Assembly (NCBI RefSeq): GCF_001194135.2
Contig: NC_068981.1
Location: 49,789,763 to 49,822,254 of the forward strand
Reading direction: 5' to 3'
Length of the DNA: 32,492 bases
Origin: Octopus bimaculoides
Lineage: Eukaryota
Each line of letters begins with the position of its first letter. Position 1 is the stretch's first letter. The position numbers and the translations under genes are program-made. This document shows, piece by piece, positions 1-12,124 of the stretch. A model generated the notes under the pieces. It was given only the letters and a program-made list of their open reading frames with translations, had not been told where the DNA came from and did no database searches.

Positions 1-59
1 TATATATATATATATATATTATACGTGTATGTATGTATGCAAACATATATATGTGTGTA

Positions 60-1290
60 GACAAGAGGAGTATTCACAAAGCAGGTAAGAATATAAGGAA
101 GAATATTGGAGTTTATCAACGCAGATGATACATAACACATGATTTTTTCAAACATATTTTGTACAATATAAAACCAGTGTCGGCAAGTTTTTTTTGTTTT
201 TCAACATAAGTTTAAAAGACTTAGAAATTGTTGAAGATAGATGGGGCATTTTGAGAATGCACATGTCTAAAGCGTCAAACTTTTATACAAATTCAAATAT
301 TCGATATCTTTCAGATGTAGGGGCGTTATTGTACAGTTAGTTGGAGTAAACTTAAAACCCGTTATTTATAAATGTGTATTTTCGTCTGTTGTTCTTAATC
401 TTTTTTCGTTAATAAATTGAGTTTTCTCATTCTGCTGTGTTGTTATAGGGGATTTAGTTGATATTTCTGAATAAGCATATCTTCCTTAGTTAATCGAAAT
501 TGGGCTGAAGTGTTTCCAGTAAATTTTCGTACTTTCTATATTTGTATACGGAGCACGGGTCTAGGTGTTTACTTACCTGCATTTCACTAGCTATGGGGTA
601 ATGAATCTGTTGCATGTGTATCGACATTCTGACCCTCATACTCTAGTTCGTTAGATCTATGTAATCCTCGTCACATCCACTGCATTTGAAAATATAAAAT
701 AAGTTCATCAATGCAAAGGAGAAATGGTTTCTTATGGTGAGAATCTGACCTGTCTTGAATTCCTATGTTCAACCTTCATAAGCTTGATGCAGGTCTCGCA
801 GTTATGGCGGTTACATTCTTTTTTTTTTTTTTTTTTTTTTTTTTGCGGGGGTGATATTATTGATGGGTAAGTTAGCACTAATAAGTAGACATTTTTGTTA
901 GATTTCTTTTACTTTTAATAATTCTTTTTCGAGTTGTTTTTCCATTCGAAAGTCATTTATCAAAAGTGTTTATATTCTGATGCCTATGTGTCTTGGATAG
1001 TGTGTTGGTACATATGTAAAAGTATTAAGTGTATCGGGGTTTGCTGTGTTTTGTAATTCTTTGATGTCTATAGTTCTTGAAATTGTGTCCCGTTAATGTC
1101 TAAACTAAACAGTTATTTTTATTCTCGTAATATATTTTTCAGTCCTTGGAATCGTTTTTCCCGAATTTCGGGAATGGACACAGTTGTGCAAATTCTTCTT
1201 GCGAAATTAAAATATATACTGATTACAGTCTGCTTTGACTGGTATGAAGATAGTAGAAGGTATTGTTTGGCATCTATTAGGATTATCAGC
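60..1290 (-). mobile_element. Decayed, 5'-truncated Penelope-like element (PLE): RT thumb region, GIY-YIG endonuclease and probable 3' region
   Basis: Minus strand ~1290-1120 reads DAKQYLLLSSYQSKQTVISIYFNFARRICTTVSIPEIREKRFQGLKNILRE, resembling the PLE RT C-terminus (DTKQYL..SCHP.H...IPF..ARRICTIVS). About 818-560 reads KECNRHNCETC...NLFYIFKCSGCDEDYI...MRVRMSIHMQQI...VSKHLD, a PLE-type GIY-YIG with CxxC and CxxC-YI motifs. The last frame ends RLTKEDMLIQKYQLNPL* with the stop at 445-443. Stops and frameshifts are present. The 3' boundary (~60) is approximate. Confidence 0.85.
819..844. repeat. T26 homopolymer inside the PLE ORF (A26 on the coding strand)
   Basis: Direct count of the T run, immediately upstream of the GIY-YIG CxxC on the minus strand. 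Confidence 0.95.
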
Positions 1291-2021
1291 TGAGCTTGAT
1301 GCATGTAACTAACTCATTAACTAAAAGTTATATGCAGTAAGCTCAGTCAATGATCGCTAGTGTTTGGCCCTACAGGTGAAAGCAATTGATACGGAGATGA
1401 CTGTGCTTTTCTTTGTGTTTCTGCAAAGGTCAGGGCTACTTTTTCTTATATTTGCTACTTTCACCATGTGTATTTTGTTTACACCTGGTAAAGTACAGAG
1501 CAAGCAAATTTTTATTTGAGATATTGCAGCTAAGGAAAAAGTTAGAATACTAAAAATTATTTGATCTTAATACACAAAGTAGCATTATAATTCACAAAGG
1601 GGCCATCATTTAGTTAAAATATTGACCCTTTAGAATACTTTAAAAATGAGAGCCAGAAGTATCAATAGAGCTAAAATTTTATCCAAAGTAAAATAGTCTA
1701 TATTGTAGGCAAATTGAATTTTTGTAAAGTGCAAAGAACATTTTGAAGGATTGTTTTTTTAAATAGAAGTAACAAGTAGTAACATATATAAGTAACAAGT
1801 AATAAGGAATAGAAGTAATATCTTGTAATAAAATCTTTAGCTGCAATAAAACCTAAAATGTTCCAAGTCTAAATTATTCATTTGAAATTGTCGCATTAAC
1901 TGCAATATTTTAAGTAATAATTCTTTTTCTGTACCTTACCAGATGTAATAACGTAGCCGGAACGTTTCCAAGTGTAGTAACTCTGTCCTGTAGATTTATA
2001 TATATATATATATATATATAT

Positions 2022-2439
2022 NNNNNNNNNNNNNNNNNNNNNNNNNNNNNNNNNNNNNNNNNNNNNNNNNNNNNNNNNNNNNNNNNNNNNNNNNNNNNNN
2101 NNNNNNNNNNNNNNNNNNNNNNNNNNNNNNNNNNNNNNNNNNNNNNNNNNNNNNNNNNNNNNNNNNNNNNNNNNNNNNNNNNNNNNNNNNNNNNNNNNNN
2201 NNNNNNNNNNNNNNNNNNNNNNNNNNNNNNNNNNNNNNNNNNNNNNNNNNNNNNNNNNNNNNNNNNNNNNNNNNNNNNNNNNNNNNNNNNNNNNNNNNNN
2301 NNNNNNNNNNNNNNNNNNNNNNNNNNNNNNNNNNNNNNNNNNNNNNNNNNNNNNNNNNNNNNNNNNNNNNNNNNNNNNNNNNNNNNNNNNNNNNNNNNNN
2401 NNNNNNNNNNNNNNNNNNNNNNNNNNNNNNNNNNNNNNN
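2022..2439. other. Assembly gap flanked by (TA)n
   Basis: N run. Confidence 1.
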
Positions 2440-3091
2440 TATATATATATGAACATGGGTGTCTCTGTGTGTTTGGATATATACTCTCTATACTAGGTTT
2501 AAGGGTATGATTTAAAAAGCACACCAAGTGAGGATTCCACTCGATAAAAATTCTCTTCAACGATATTGTTTTCTATTGTGAAGTATGAAAGTGCCAATCT
2601 TTCATATGCTTATACATAAGAAAAGTAAATATATGTACACGAATATTTTGCTTTATGTATATATTGTATAATCTTTCGTATCAGACCTATGTGCTATCAA
2701 AGCAAAATCTATGTATTCAAAGGTATTACGATGATTGAAAATTCAATCACTAACCTATCACAGAATATTAACAAAGATCCTTTCATCAACATGAATAATA
2801 TTTATAATCTCCTTTACTAACATTTACAGTATCTACGGTTCGACTATGATAATATTTCTTGTAAGGTTTTCTTAAATATTGATACATGACAATTAGCTAC
2901 ATCACTAAAATAATACATAAACAGCGATGAAAAATATATAGAAATTGGTATCTTAGGAATAATGAGTAATCCAATTTAATGATTTACTCTACATATTGTT
3001 GCCTTCAACAGGTTCTGCTTTTAAAATTACACTTACTCCCAGCCACAAACACACACATACATACATACATACATACATGTATATATATATA

Positions 3092-3448
3092 NNNNNNNNN
3101 NNNNNNNNNNNNNNNNNNNNNNNNNNNNNNNNNNNNNNNNNNNNNNNNNNNNNNNNNNNNNNNNNNNNNNNNNNNNNNNNNNNNNNNNNNNNNNNNNNNN
3201 NNNNNNNNNNNNNNNNNNNNNNNNNNNNNNNNNNNNNNNNNNNNNNNNNNNNNNNNNNNNNNNNNNNNNNNNNNNNNNNNNNNNNNNNNNNNNNNNNNNN
3301 NNNNNNNNNNNNNNNNNNNNNNNNNNNNNNNNNNNNNNNNNNNNNNNNNNNNNNNNNNNNNNNNNNNNNNNNNNNNNNNNNNNNNNNNNNNNNNNNNNNN
3401 NNNNNNNNNNNNNNNNNNNNNNNNNNNNNNNNNNNNNNNNNNNNNNNN
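3092..3448. other. Assembly gap following (CATA)n/(TA)n
   Basis: N run. Confidence 1.
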
Positions 3449-3603
3449 TATGCAACTGTTTATATACATATTCAACATTCAGATTTATGCACATGTTTCT
3501 GTATATAAATGTGCATTCGGTTGCATTTGTTATCTATGAAATTGTTTCCGTATAAAATTGAACAAACGCAGGCAAACATGCACACGATCCAATACATGAA
3601 TGT

Positions 3604-3721
3604 ATAATGTATGTATGTATGTATGTATGTATATATTTATGTATATGTGTATATGTATATAAATGTGTGTATAATTATGTATATATGTATACATAAATAC
3701 GTGCATACACACACATATATC

Positions 3722-3763
<42 letters not shown>

Positions 3764-3795
3764 GTGTGCGTGTGTGTACGCACACACAGACACAT
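3604..3795. repeat. Compound microsatellite/low-complexity tract: (TATG)n, (TA)n, (TG)/(CA)
   Basis: Visible tandem di- and tetranucleotide repeats. Confidence 0.9.
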
Positions 3796-4271
3796 GCGTG
3801 TGTGCAGAATTCAAAACTACATAGATAAAATTTTAGAAAAACAGAAGAGAGGTATAATCTGTAGAAAGAACAACACAGAGCTGTATTTCTTCTTACTACG
3901 CAGGACGTATTTTTGTGTTGAATACTAATCCAGTGCACCTGCAACATTTCAGAACAAGTATTACGATTTCCAATAACTATTACTGTATTCAATATAATCC
4001 CTCGGTTTAATTCTGTTTATACTGTTTTTATTCTAGCCGTAATCCGATTATATCACGTACAGTAATTCGGGCTGCAAGATATCCGTTATATGTCTTTGTA
4101 TGTAAATATGTACGCAGGTATACAGCCACTTGTCCATACCTCCCTTTCTACCACTCAATATGTGTATGTGTGTGTGTGTGTGTTCTTTCATGCGTGCGTT
4201 TGAGTTAAGGTATATATAAGTATATATCTATAAATGTGTATCTACAGATATATTTTTACACACACACGCAG

Positions 4272-4274
<3 letters not shown>

Positions 4275-4312
<38 letters not shown>
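4275..4312. repeat. (TA)n microsatellite
   Basis: Visible repeat. Confidence 0.95.
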
Positions 4313-4315
<3 letters not shown>

Positions 4316-4799
4316 CGCTACACGCACATAGACACACACATTTATAAATGCATACACGTATGTACTCTCTCTTTGTCCGTCTCTCTGACACACATATAAT
4401 GGAACAAATTGAACAGCAGCTTGTACAAATGCGTACATAACTTACAGTTTTAAGTTTCAACGTTCGTGAGTGAATGAGCAAAAACTATTTTTATTTTATA
4501 GTAGGTTCATGAACATTCGATATACTACTCTTTTTAATTTTTGGTCTTGGTTTTATATCCGGTGATGATTGATAAATCTAAATCATAGTATGTATCCTTA
4601 CAGCGAACCTTCAATATTATTTTGCTTTAAATGATGCCCCCCTTTTTTCAGCCTTATATTGTTGTTGACACATTCATCGGTGTGCATATCTTTAAGCGTA
4701 TTAAACACAATGATATGAGTGTGTGTGTGAGATAGAGTGCTTGCGTAACCGCGTTAATGTGCGCGTGTATCCCTGTCTATGCATGTATACACATATTTT

Positions 4800-5366
<567 letters not shown>

Positions 5367-6533
5367 AATGGAATAAATAGAAAATAGGGATCTTTTCCAT
5401 TGGACTACAACTTTTCAATTTCTTCAATATTTGTTGTATTGATTTCATAATCACCATACTGGTGTAGTTTTGTAAAGTATTCAATGACATTAAATTCATG
5501 TTCACTATAAAAGAATACAGTATTAATAGCATTGACACTTTGCAACTTTTCGTTAAAAATCGAAAGCCACAAACATATAAGTAGATGTTTCCATAGTAAC
5601 ATGCCTAGCTTTTACAAAGCTGCTTATGACGTGTTCTTTTGAGATGTGCTAAACGTAATAGCTAGATAGGCCTTAAATCGTGCACAAATTTTTTTCTTAG
5701 TTTGTACATAATCGTTTGAATTACAGTGCGTAGAATACAAATTACCAAAAAATTTCAGAAAATTCCAAAATAAAAGAATTTTCTATTCCAAAATAAAAGA
5801 TTTTTTATAGTGTGCGTAAACCAGAATCCCACAAACATTTCATTTGTTTGCAGCTGACAACATGCTATCACATACAAAATAAAAGCTCCCAACTCATGGT
5901 TTTCTGACGGGATAAAAATGATCATAAATTGTAAATTTCTTTTTAATTTTTTTTTTGTGGAAAAAGTGAATTATGTCCGAGATTCAACGTGCAAAATTAC
6001 ATTAATTCACCAAATTTTAATATTTTCACTGAGTTTTCAAATATCCATAGGTACAACCAAACAGAAAACATAAGAGAATAGTATATTTCATCGTAATAAC
6101 AAGTATAGGAATTATTCGAGGGATTGAAAATGCAGCTCTCAAAACGTGTTACATTTTGTAACAGATTTTCTAAAATACCAAAACAGTCTTGTTTTTTTGG
6201 GGTTTTTTTTCGTTTTTTAATAGTAAATAAAAAAATACCTGAACGTGTCAGGAAAGATTAAAGCTATAAGGGAACGTTAGTAAAACATGATTAAATCATT
6301 AAATGTTCATACAAATTGCATTCGATTTCACAGTGATAGACAATAATACGATTTAAAATGATCGATGAATTTCATAGCATTCACTCAAGATATAAGATCA
6401 GCTACATTAACAATTAGACACCATAAAGTTTTTAAGAAGTACAATAGATAAATAAAAGAAACCCAAAAAGCTATTTCACTATTTCTGTCGTACGACATAA
6501 AGGTATCCTCATCACCAATCCCGCTGGTAGAAG

Positions 6534-7280
6534 TCAGGGCTTAACTAAAGCGTTTGACCCGAGCACAAAAACAAAAGAAAATTAGAGTAATAGGTTTAAA
6601 ACAACTTGCTCTAAACGAATATTTAAAAAATGCGCGCTCGTGAAAGTAGGATGGGAGACAGAACTCGGAACATTCACATCGTGAATGTTCCAAGCCGCCT
6701 CACCAGAGCCAAGAAACAAACGAAAAATAGTGTAATAGGTTTAAATCAACTTGCTCTACACGAATATGACTAAAAATGCGCGCTCACGAAAGGGGGGGGA
6801 GGACTCGGAAAATTTACATTGTCAGTCCATGGCCCTTAAAGTATAGTGTTTGACCCGAGCACAAAAACAAAAGAAAAATGGTATAACAGGTGTAAAACAA
6901 CTTGCACGAACCGAATATGAAAAAAAAGCGCGCTCGCGAAATGGCGGTGGGGGACAGGACTTGGAAAATACTTTGACGATGTAAATTTTCCGAGTCCTCT
7001 CCCCTATCCCCATTTCACGAGCGCGCATTTTTTTTTTTCATAGTCGTTTAGAATAAGTTAGTTTATACCTATTACACTATTTTTCCTTTGATTCTTGGCT
7101 CTGGTGAGGCGGCGCGGAACATTCACGATCTGAATATTCCGAGTCCTCTACCCCATCCCCCATTTGCGAGCTTTCATTTTTTTAATATTCGTTTAGAGCA
7201 AGTTGTTTTTCACCTAATACACTATTTTTCTTTTGTTTTGTGCTCAGGTCTAACACTATAAGTTTAAAGACCATGGAATT
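6534..7280. mobile_element. Foldback-like modular inverted repeat (probable non-autonomous DNA transposon or TIR-derived array)
   Basis: Three direct ~146-150-bp monomers (GCGCGC cores at 6632, 6778, 6928) are followed by two inverted monomers (6974-7277). The left arm ~6534-6824 is the diverged reverse complement of ~6974-7277. Perfect hairpin ggaacattcac-atc-gtgaatgttcc at 6667-6691. Confidence 0.75.
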
Positions 7281-8554
7281 TTCGGTGTCCTCTCCCCCAC
7301 ACCACTTTCATTTTCCGTCTCCTCTCCCCCGTTATTATGAGATGAAGCAGTAAATTCTTAATGATTTGGCTATGTTCTGTGTTGATAACCGTAATGGATT
7401 ATGTTAGCTGATACATAGTGGAGTGGATTACTGGTGTAATGTTTTCCAGAAGTGAAGTGGGGGTACAATTTGCATGAAAGCGATATATGTTCTTAAGAAG
7501 GATCAAAAACTATGTAGTGTTTCATCGAATAAAAAGGGGTTAATATGATTTTGACCAGAAATCTAGTTTCAAAGCTACAATTTCCTCCCTCCCCAACGAA
7601 ATTTCCTAATATTTAACCAATTTTTCGAAATTTGTCTTTTATCCACGTGGGAAAAAAAAAGATATTACTAATATGGGAAATATAATTTTTTTTTAAAGTT
7701 TAATTTTTCTCAAAGAAATATGGAATGCCCCCTCCCCATCTCGGCCACCCATCAGCTACCCGCTTTTGGGAGAAATGCAAATCTCTTGCATTGGAAACTT
7801 ATGAATGTGAGTAAATTGAGGAAAGAAAGAACGGCGGGGGTAAGAAAATGTTATCTCGAACATGATAGAAACAACAGGTAAACGACAGGATTTTTGAGAT
7901 AACTTCCTTCTAGGTTTAAATAGAAGATCAGGTTTTGAAATACGCGCATCACAAACAGAAATGACAGAATAGGAAAAGGTAATTTCGATCGGATTTGAGC
8001 TGTAATTAAGCGCACAGAAAGAAATAACATAGTTCATACAGAACGTTAACTCTGTGTGTGTGCGCGCGCATGAGTGTGTGTGTCAGTGGAAGTTATTTTT
8101 ACATGCCTTTCTTAATTCCAATTAATTAGTGGAAGTCGTGATTTGTTGACAACATACGGTCTCCGTACATTATAATGAGAAATTGAAAGAGAGCGATAAT
8201 GTCTAATTCTCCCTTTCTCCGCCTCTCTTTGTGCCGAATTTCTTTTCCTTTCGCTCATAGAACATACGGCATCAACTTTGTGTTGGATATCTTTCATTTT
8301 CAACTATAGAAAATGCATAGGGTATGAAACATCAGCGTCTGTCTCTCACTCGCTACCTGTCATTTAACTTCTATAGACACGTGTTTTCTGTCTCTGTTTC
8401 TTTCTCTTGTCTCCTTGTCTTTTTCTCATTCTGTGTTTTTCTCGGTCATTCCATAAAAATGTTTTTCTTTGTTTTGAAGAGAGCAGAAATTGAAAGAAAA
8501 GAGAAAGTGAAAAGAGGAGAAAGAGCAACAATTGAAAGATGTATGTACTTGTAT

Positions 8555-8632
8555 ATGAAACGGACGTGTATGTGCGTGTGTGAGTGTGTGTGTGTGTGTG
8601 TGTGTGCGTGCGCGCGCGCGTATGCGAGAGAG
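8555..8632. repeat. (TG)n-(CG)n-(AG)n compound microsatellite
   Basis: Visible repeat. Confidence 0.9.
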
Positions 8633-8930
8633 ACAGTAAGGGAGAGCTAGAGATAGATTGAGTGAGTGAAGGTGTGTGTCGCGGTGATAGATGTACTTTA
8701 ATATACAGACTCATACAGAAAATGGGACGTCATCGTCGTATAAAATGTTTACGATAGTTAATTTATTGTAAAGACTATAATTCTTAATTTTTGTAATTAA
8801 AATATGTCAATGACAATAAAGTTTAGTTGGTAGTGGAAATAGTACTAAATCTTTTGGGACTCTACACGTGAAAATCGGCAACTCGGTTTTGGAATTTATA
8901 GGGAACATATGCAAACACACACACATACAT

Positions 8931-9323
8931 NNNNNNNNNNNNNNNNNNNNNNNNNNNNNNNNNNNNNNNNNNNNNNNNNNNNNNNNNNNNNNNNNNNNNN
9001 NNNNNNNNNNNNNNNNNNNNNNNNNNNNNNNNNNNNNNNNNNNNNNNNNNNNNNNNNNNNNNNNNNNNNNNNNNNNNNNNNNNNNNNNNNNNNNNNNNNN
9101 NNNNNNNNNNNNNNNNNNNNNNNNNNNNNNNNNNNNNNNNNNNNNNNNNNNNNNNNNNNNNNNNNNNNNNNNNNNNNNNNNNNNNNNNNNNNNNNNNNNN
9201 NNNNNNNNNNNNNNNNNNNNNNNNNNNNNNNNNNNNNNNNNNNNNNNNNNNNNNNNNNNNNNNNNNNNNNNNNNNNNNNNNNNNNNNNNNNNNNNNNNNN
9301 NNNNNNNNNNNNNNNNNNNNNNN
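8931..9323. other. Assembly gap
   Basis: N run. Confidence 1.
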
Positions 9324-10361
9324 TATATATATATATATTTATGTATATAAAAACATCATAAACCATTGCGACATGAATCACTGCGAATCTAACGTAACCT
9401 CAGCGATTTTGCTGGTTAGATTATGCTTACGACGTAATTTACAAATAAAATATTCTTATATATCAGAATGAGTATTTCAAATGGATTTAAAATTTTGGAA
9501 GCAAAATTTTGTGCAATTGTTGTTTCATGTATTGGTATAATAACCTAAGTTCAAACCTTAGACGGATATCAAGATACGGTCATACTTCCATTACAATGAA
9601 CTTTAAGATCAAAGATTGAAGATATTCGGATACAGAAATTGAATAAAATCATAAATACATCTTGATACACGAAAACAACTCCACCAGTTAAATATCAAAT
9701 GATCAGTCGGGACGCTTTTGCTCCTTCACCTTGACATTTTCAGTATTGAAATGCAATTGCTTCAATATAATTGCTATCATTTTCCTCGAATGCAGTTTGA
9801 ATACAATTTCTAAGTTTAATGCAGCAACACATTTTCCACTTCAATATCTTCATTCTTTTCTTCTTTTTTTTATTTCGTTAAGTAAGAGGAGTATAGTAGA
9901 ATTGAATACATAAATGCCTTGTTTCCTTCGTTACCAGTATAAAATAATTTCTAATATTTCTGAAAAGCTATACAGGGCTTTTCTTACGCAACGTGACAAT
10001 ATGTTAAGCAAACATCTTTTTTGCTGAATTTTGTTCGTGTTGTTTTTTTTTGTTTGTTTTTTTTTTTATATTTAGGGATAACATTAAAATATGACATTCT
10101 TTCTTGGAAAATAAGCCGATATAACTTAACTTTCATTATATGCACTGGAAATAAAGCCTGAACCGAAATGCTCTGTTTACAAATGTATCTGCAATTATAT
10201 ATTAACATATAGCAGAAGATAAGTGCATGTTAACTTTCAGTTACTATACTGGTCAAGAGGATTGGTCTATGATTTTGGCTCTTACATTCAGAAGAAATAG
10301 CAATAGTTGTTCTTTTAAAACAACAACAATTTAATATATTCAAGAGTGCCAGTGAAAGGAA

Positions 10362-10546
10362 GGTACTCTTTTCTACTCTAGGCAAAAGGCCGCAAATTTT
10401 GCGTGAGGGGCCAGTATGCAACTGGTACATAATTTCTCGTCTCCAAAAGGATGAAAAGATATGTCGACCTCGGCCAAATTTAAACTCAGAACGTAAAAAC
10501 AGATGAAATACCGCTAAACATTTCGCCCGGCGGTTCGCCGCCTTAG
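10362..10546 (-). mobile_element. tRNA-derived SINE, family B
   Basis: Minus strand starts aaggcggcgaac..., B-box-like gagtttaaatttggc, core ggtcgac.tat.ttttcatccttttgg...gtaccagttgc. It aligns with the copies at 22481-23045. Confidence 0.85.
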
Positions 10547-11442
10547 TGAAAGAAGTTATTTCCAGAGGACTGATATTGAGGATTAAATCTTGTTAGTAAT
10601 TGAAGAAAAATCGGAGCGGGAAAGTAACAGGCTCTTAGACTATTCCATATTGTTATTGATGTGAATCAATCTCTTCGCTGTTGTTTTGATGTGCCCCAGC
10701 TGTTATACAAATTTAATCTGGGGTTCTTCAGAGTTGTATATGAATTTAATGAATGTTGTCAAATAATATTTGTTTCTACCTTAAAGACGTTGGCCAGTAT
10801 GTAAGATTTAGATTGATATATGAAAACTCTAGGTTGCTAATAAATACCTTTGAAAATAGAAATGACTAATATCTAGATTCACTTAATAATCAGAACGAAA
10901 TTTATCAAGCAATCATTAAAGTAATATAAAAAATTTCTATGATACTCATTTTGCTTTAGATAGAGGATTGTATATACATTCCATATTCAACAGGAAAATA
11001 ATTTATATGTTACGTGTTTGTGAAACTTAAACCACTGCGAAAAAGTAGTTGATAGTGCATTGTTAATTAAGTTATCAGGGCCAAAGAAATTTGATTATAG
11101 ACATGCGTGATACTGTAGTTACATTGCAAGCGCTTTGGTGTGCGCTTGTGCCACATATGGAAATATGACGCAAAAACATAAGCGTGATAAATTTACTCTG
11201 ATTTATTTACTACGTATTACACTTCTAGGCATGTAATTCACTGTATAAAACAGCGCAGTACAAATATTTGTATGGCGGTGAGGTCATTTAAGTAATAAAA
11301 TATGTATTTTACGATATAATGGGAGTGCTTACAATCCTCTAAATAACATATTTTCACCTCGTGACATATTCTATTTTACAAATTTGTAGAAATATATTTA
11401 TAACATGAAAACTGTATTGAAAATATTTTAATATTTTTATAG

Positions 11443-11481
11443 ACTACTTTGAATATTTTCACGTGCATAGCACTTATGAAG
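11443..11481 (+). CDS. Candidate 39-nt internal exon of an unidentified gene: (D)YFEYFHVHSTYE(G) or TTLNIFTCIALMK
   Basis: Acceptor aatatttttatag| and consensus donor AAG|GTAAGTA. Length is a multiple of 3 and two frames are open. No homology recognised. Confidence 0.35.
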
Positions 11482-11611
11482 GTAAGTATTAATATCGTAT
11501 ATTTGAAAATATCTTGTCTTGAATTCAGTGCATGAACTGAGTTAGTTTTAAGAACGATATCTCTAGCATGTGATACTCAATAACTACAGATCACCTGTGC
11601 ATGATTTACAC

Positions 11612-11930
11612 CAGTGCTTCCCAAAGTATGCGGTACCGTCTCCCGCCATCCCCTGGTGCAATGGGAAAAAAAGGAGTTCAAGAAAAGCGGAGAGATAATG
11701 TGTTGCCAAAAGGGGGTGATGAATGGCAATGCTCCTCTTTATTTTTCACTGTTACATTCAAGTGTACAACTAGTGTTTTAAAATGAAACTGAAAAGCGTT
11801 GTCTTAATAAAACTAACTTTAAGCAAGGACAGAACAAAAATAAATTAGAAAAGCAACCCAAAGTGAGTGTTACTAACGAAGCTGCTTATAAAATTTCCAA
11901 CTGAATTCCGTAGAAAGACGGTAATATGTG
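11612..11930 (+). mobile_element. Possible 5' end of a decayed hAT (Charlie-like) DNA transposon
   Basis: Begins CAGTGCTTCCCAAAGT (hAT-Charlie-type TIR), preceded by an 8-mer atttacac compatible with a hAT target site. Weak EAAYKIS motif at ~11880-11900. No partner TIR found in the window. Confidence 0.3.
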
Positions 11931-11992
11931 ATGCTGAACGACATCAACATCAACAACAATAATGACGACAAAAGTAACATGAAACGAAAATT

Positions 11993-12122
11993 CGCCTGAC
12001 AACCGCTATTGATGTATTTACGAGCCCGTCACATAGCGTTTTGGCAAAGTGACCGACAGAATAAGTAGTTCGGTTAAATATAAGTTATGTGGTCGAATAC
12101 TTCCACAAAAAACTCTTCAAGG
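11993..12122 (+). mobile_element. Diverged 3'-half fragment of SINE family A
   Basis: cgcctgacaaccg...gtatttacg.gcccgtcacatagcg.ttttggcaaa.tgaccgacagaataagta matches the post-linker part of the other family A copies. Confidence 0.75.
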
Positions 12123-12124
12123 AA

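Noticed and set aside
545-566. gagcacgggtctag resembling a Helitron 3' end
   Set aside because: It lies inside the PLE coding region (HLDPCS on the minus strand), and no proper subterminal hairpin is present.
577-680. Apparent minus-strand exon with a strong acceptor and CAG|GTAAGT donor
   Set aside because: All three frames contain stops, and the segment is part of the PLE GIY-YIG coding remnant.
1158-2749. Short perfect palindromes ttcccgaa-t-ttcgggaa (1158-1174) and tgattgaa-aa-ttcaatca (2732-2749), and similar 6-7-bp hairpins elsewhere
   Set aside because: Expected by chance in 32 kb of AT-rich sequence, and too short for miRNA precursors.
6534-7280. CRISPR-like interpretation of the repeated unit with a palindrome
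   Set aside because: Eukaryotic context, no unique spacers between identical short repeats, and no cas genes.
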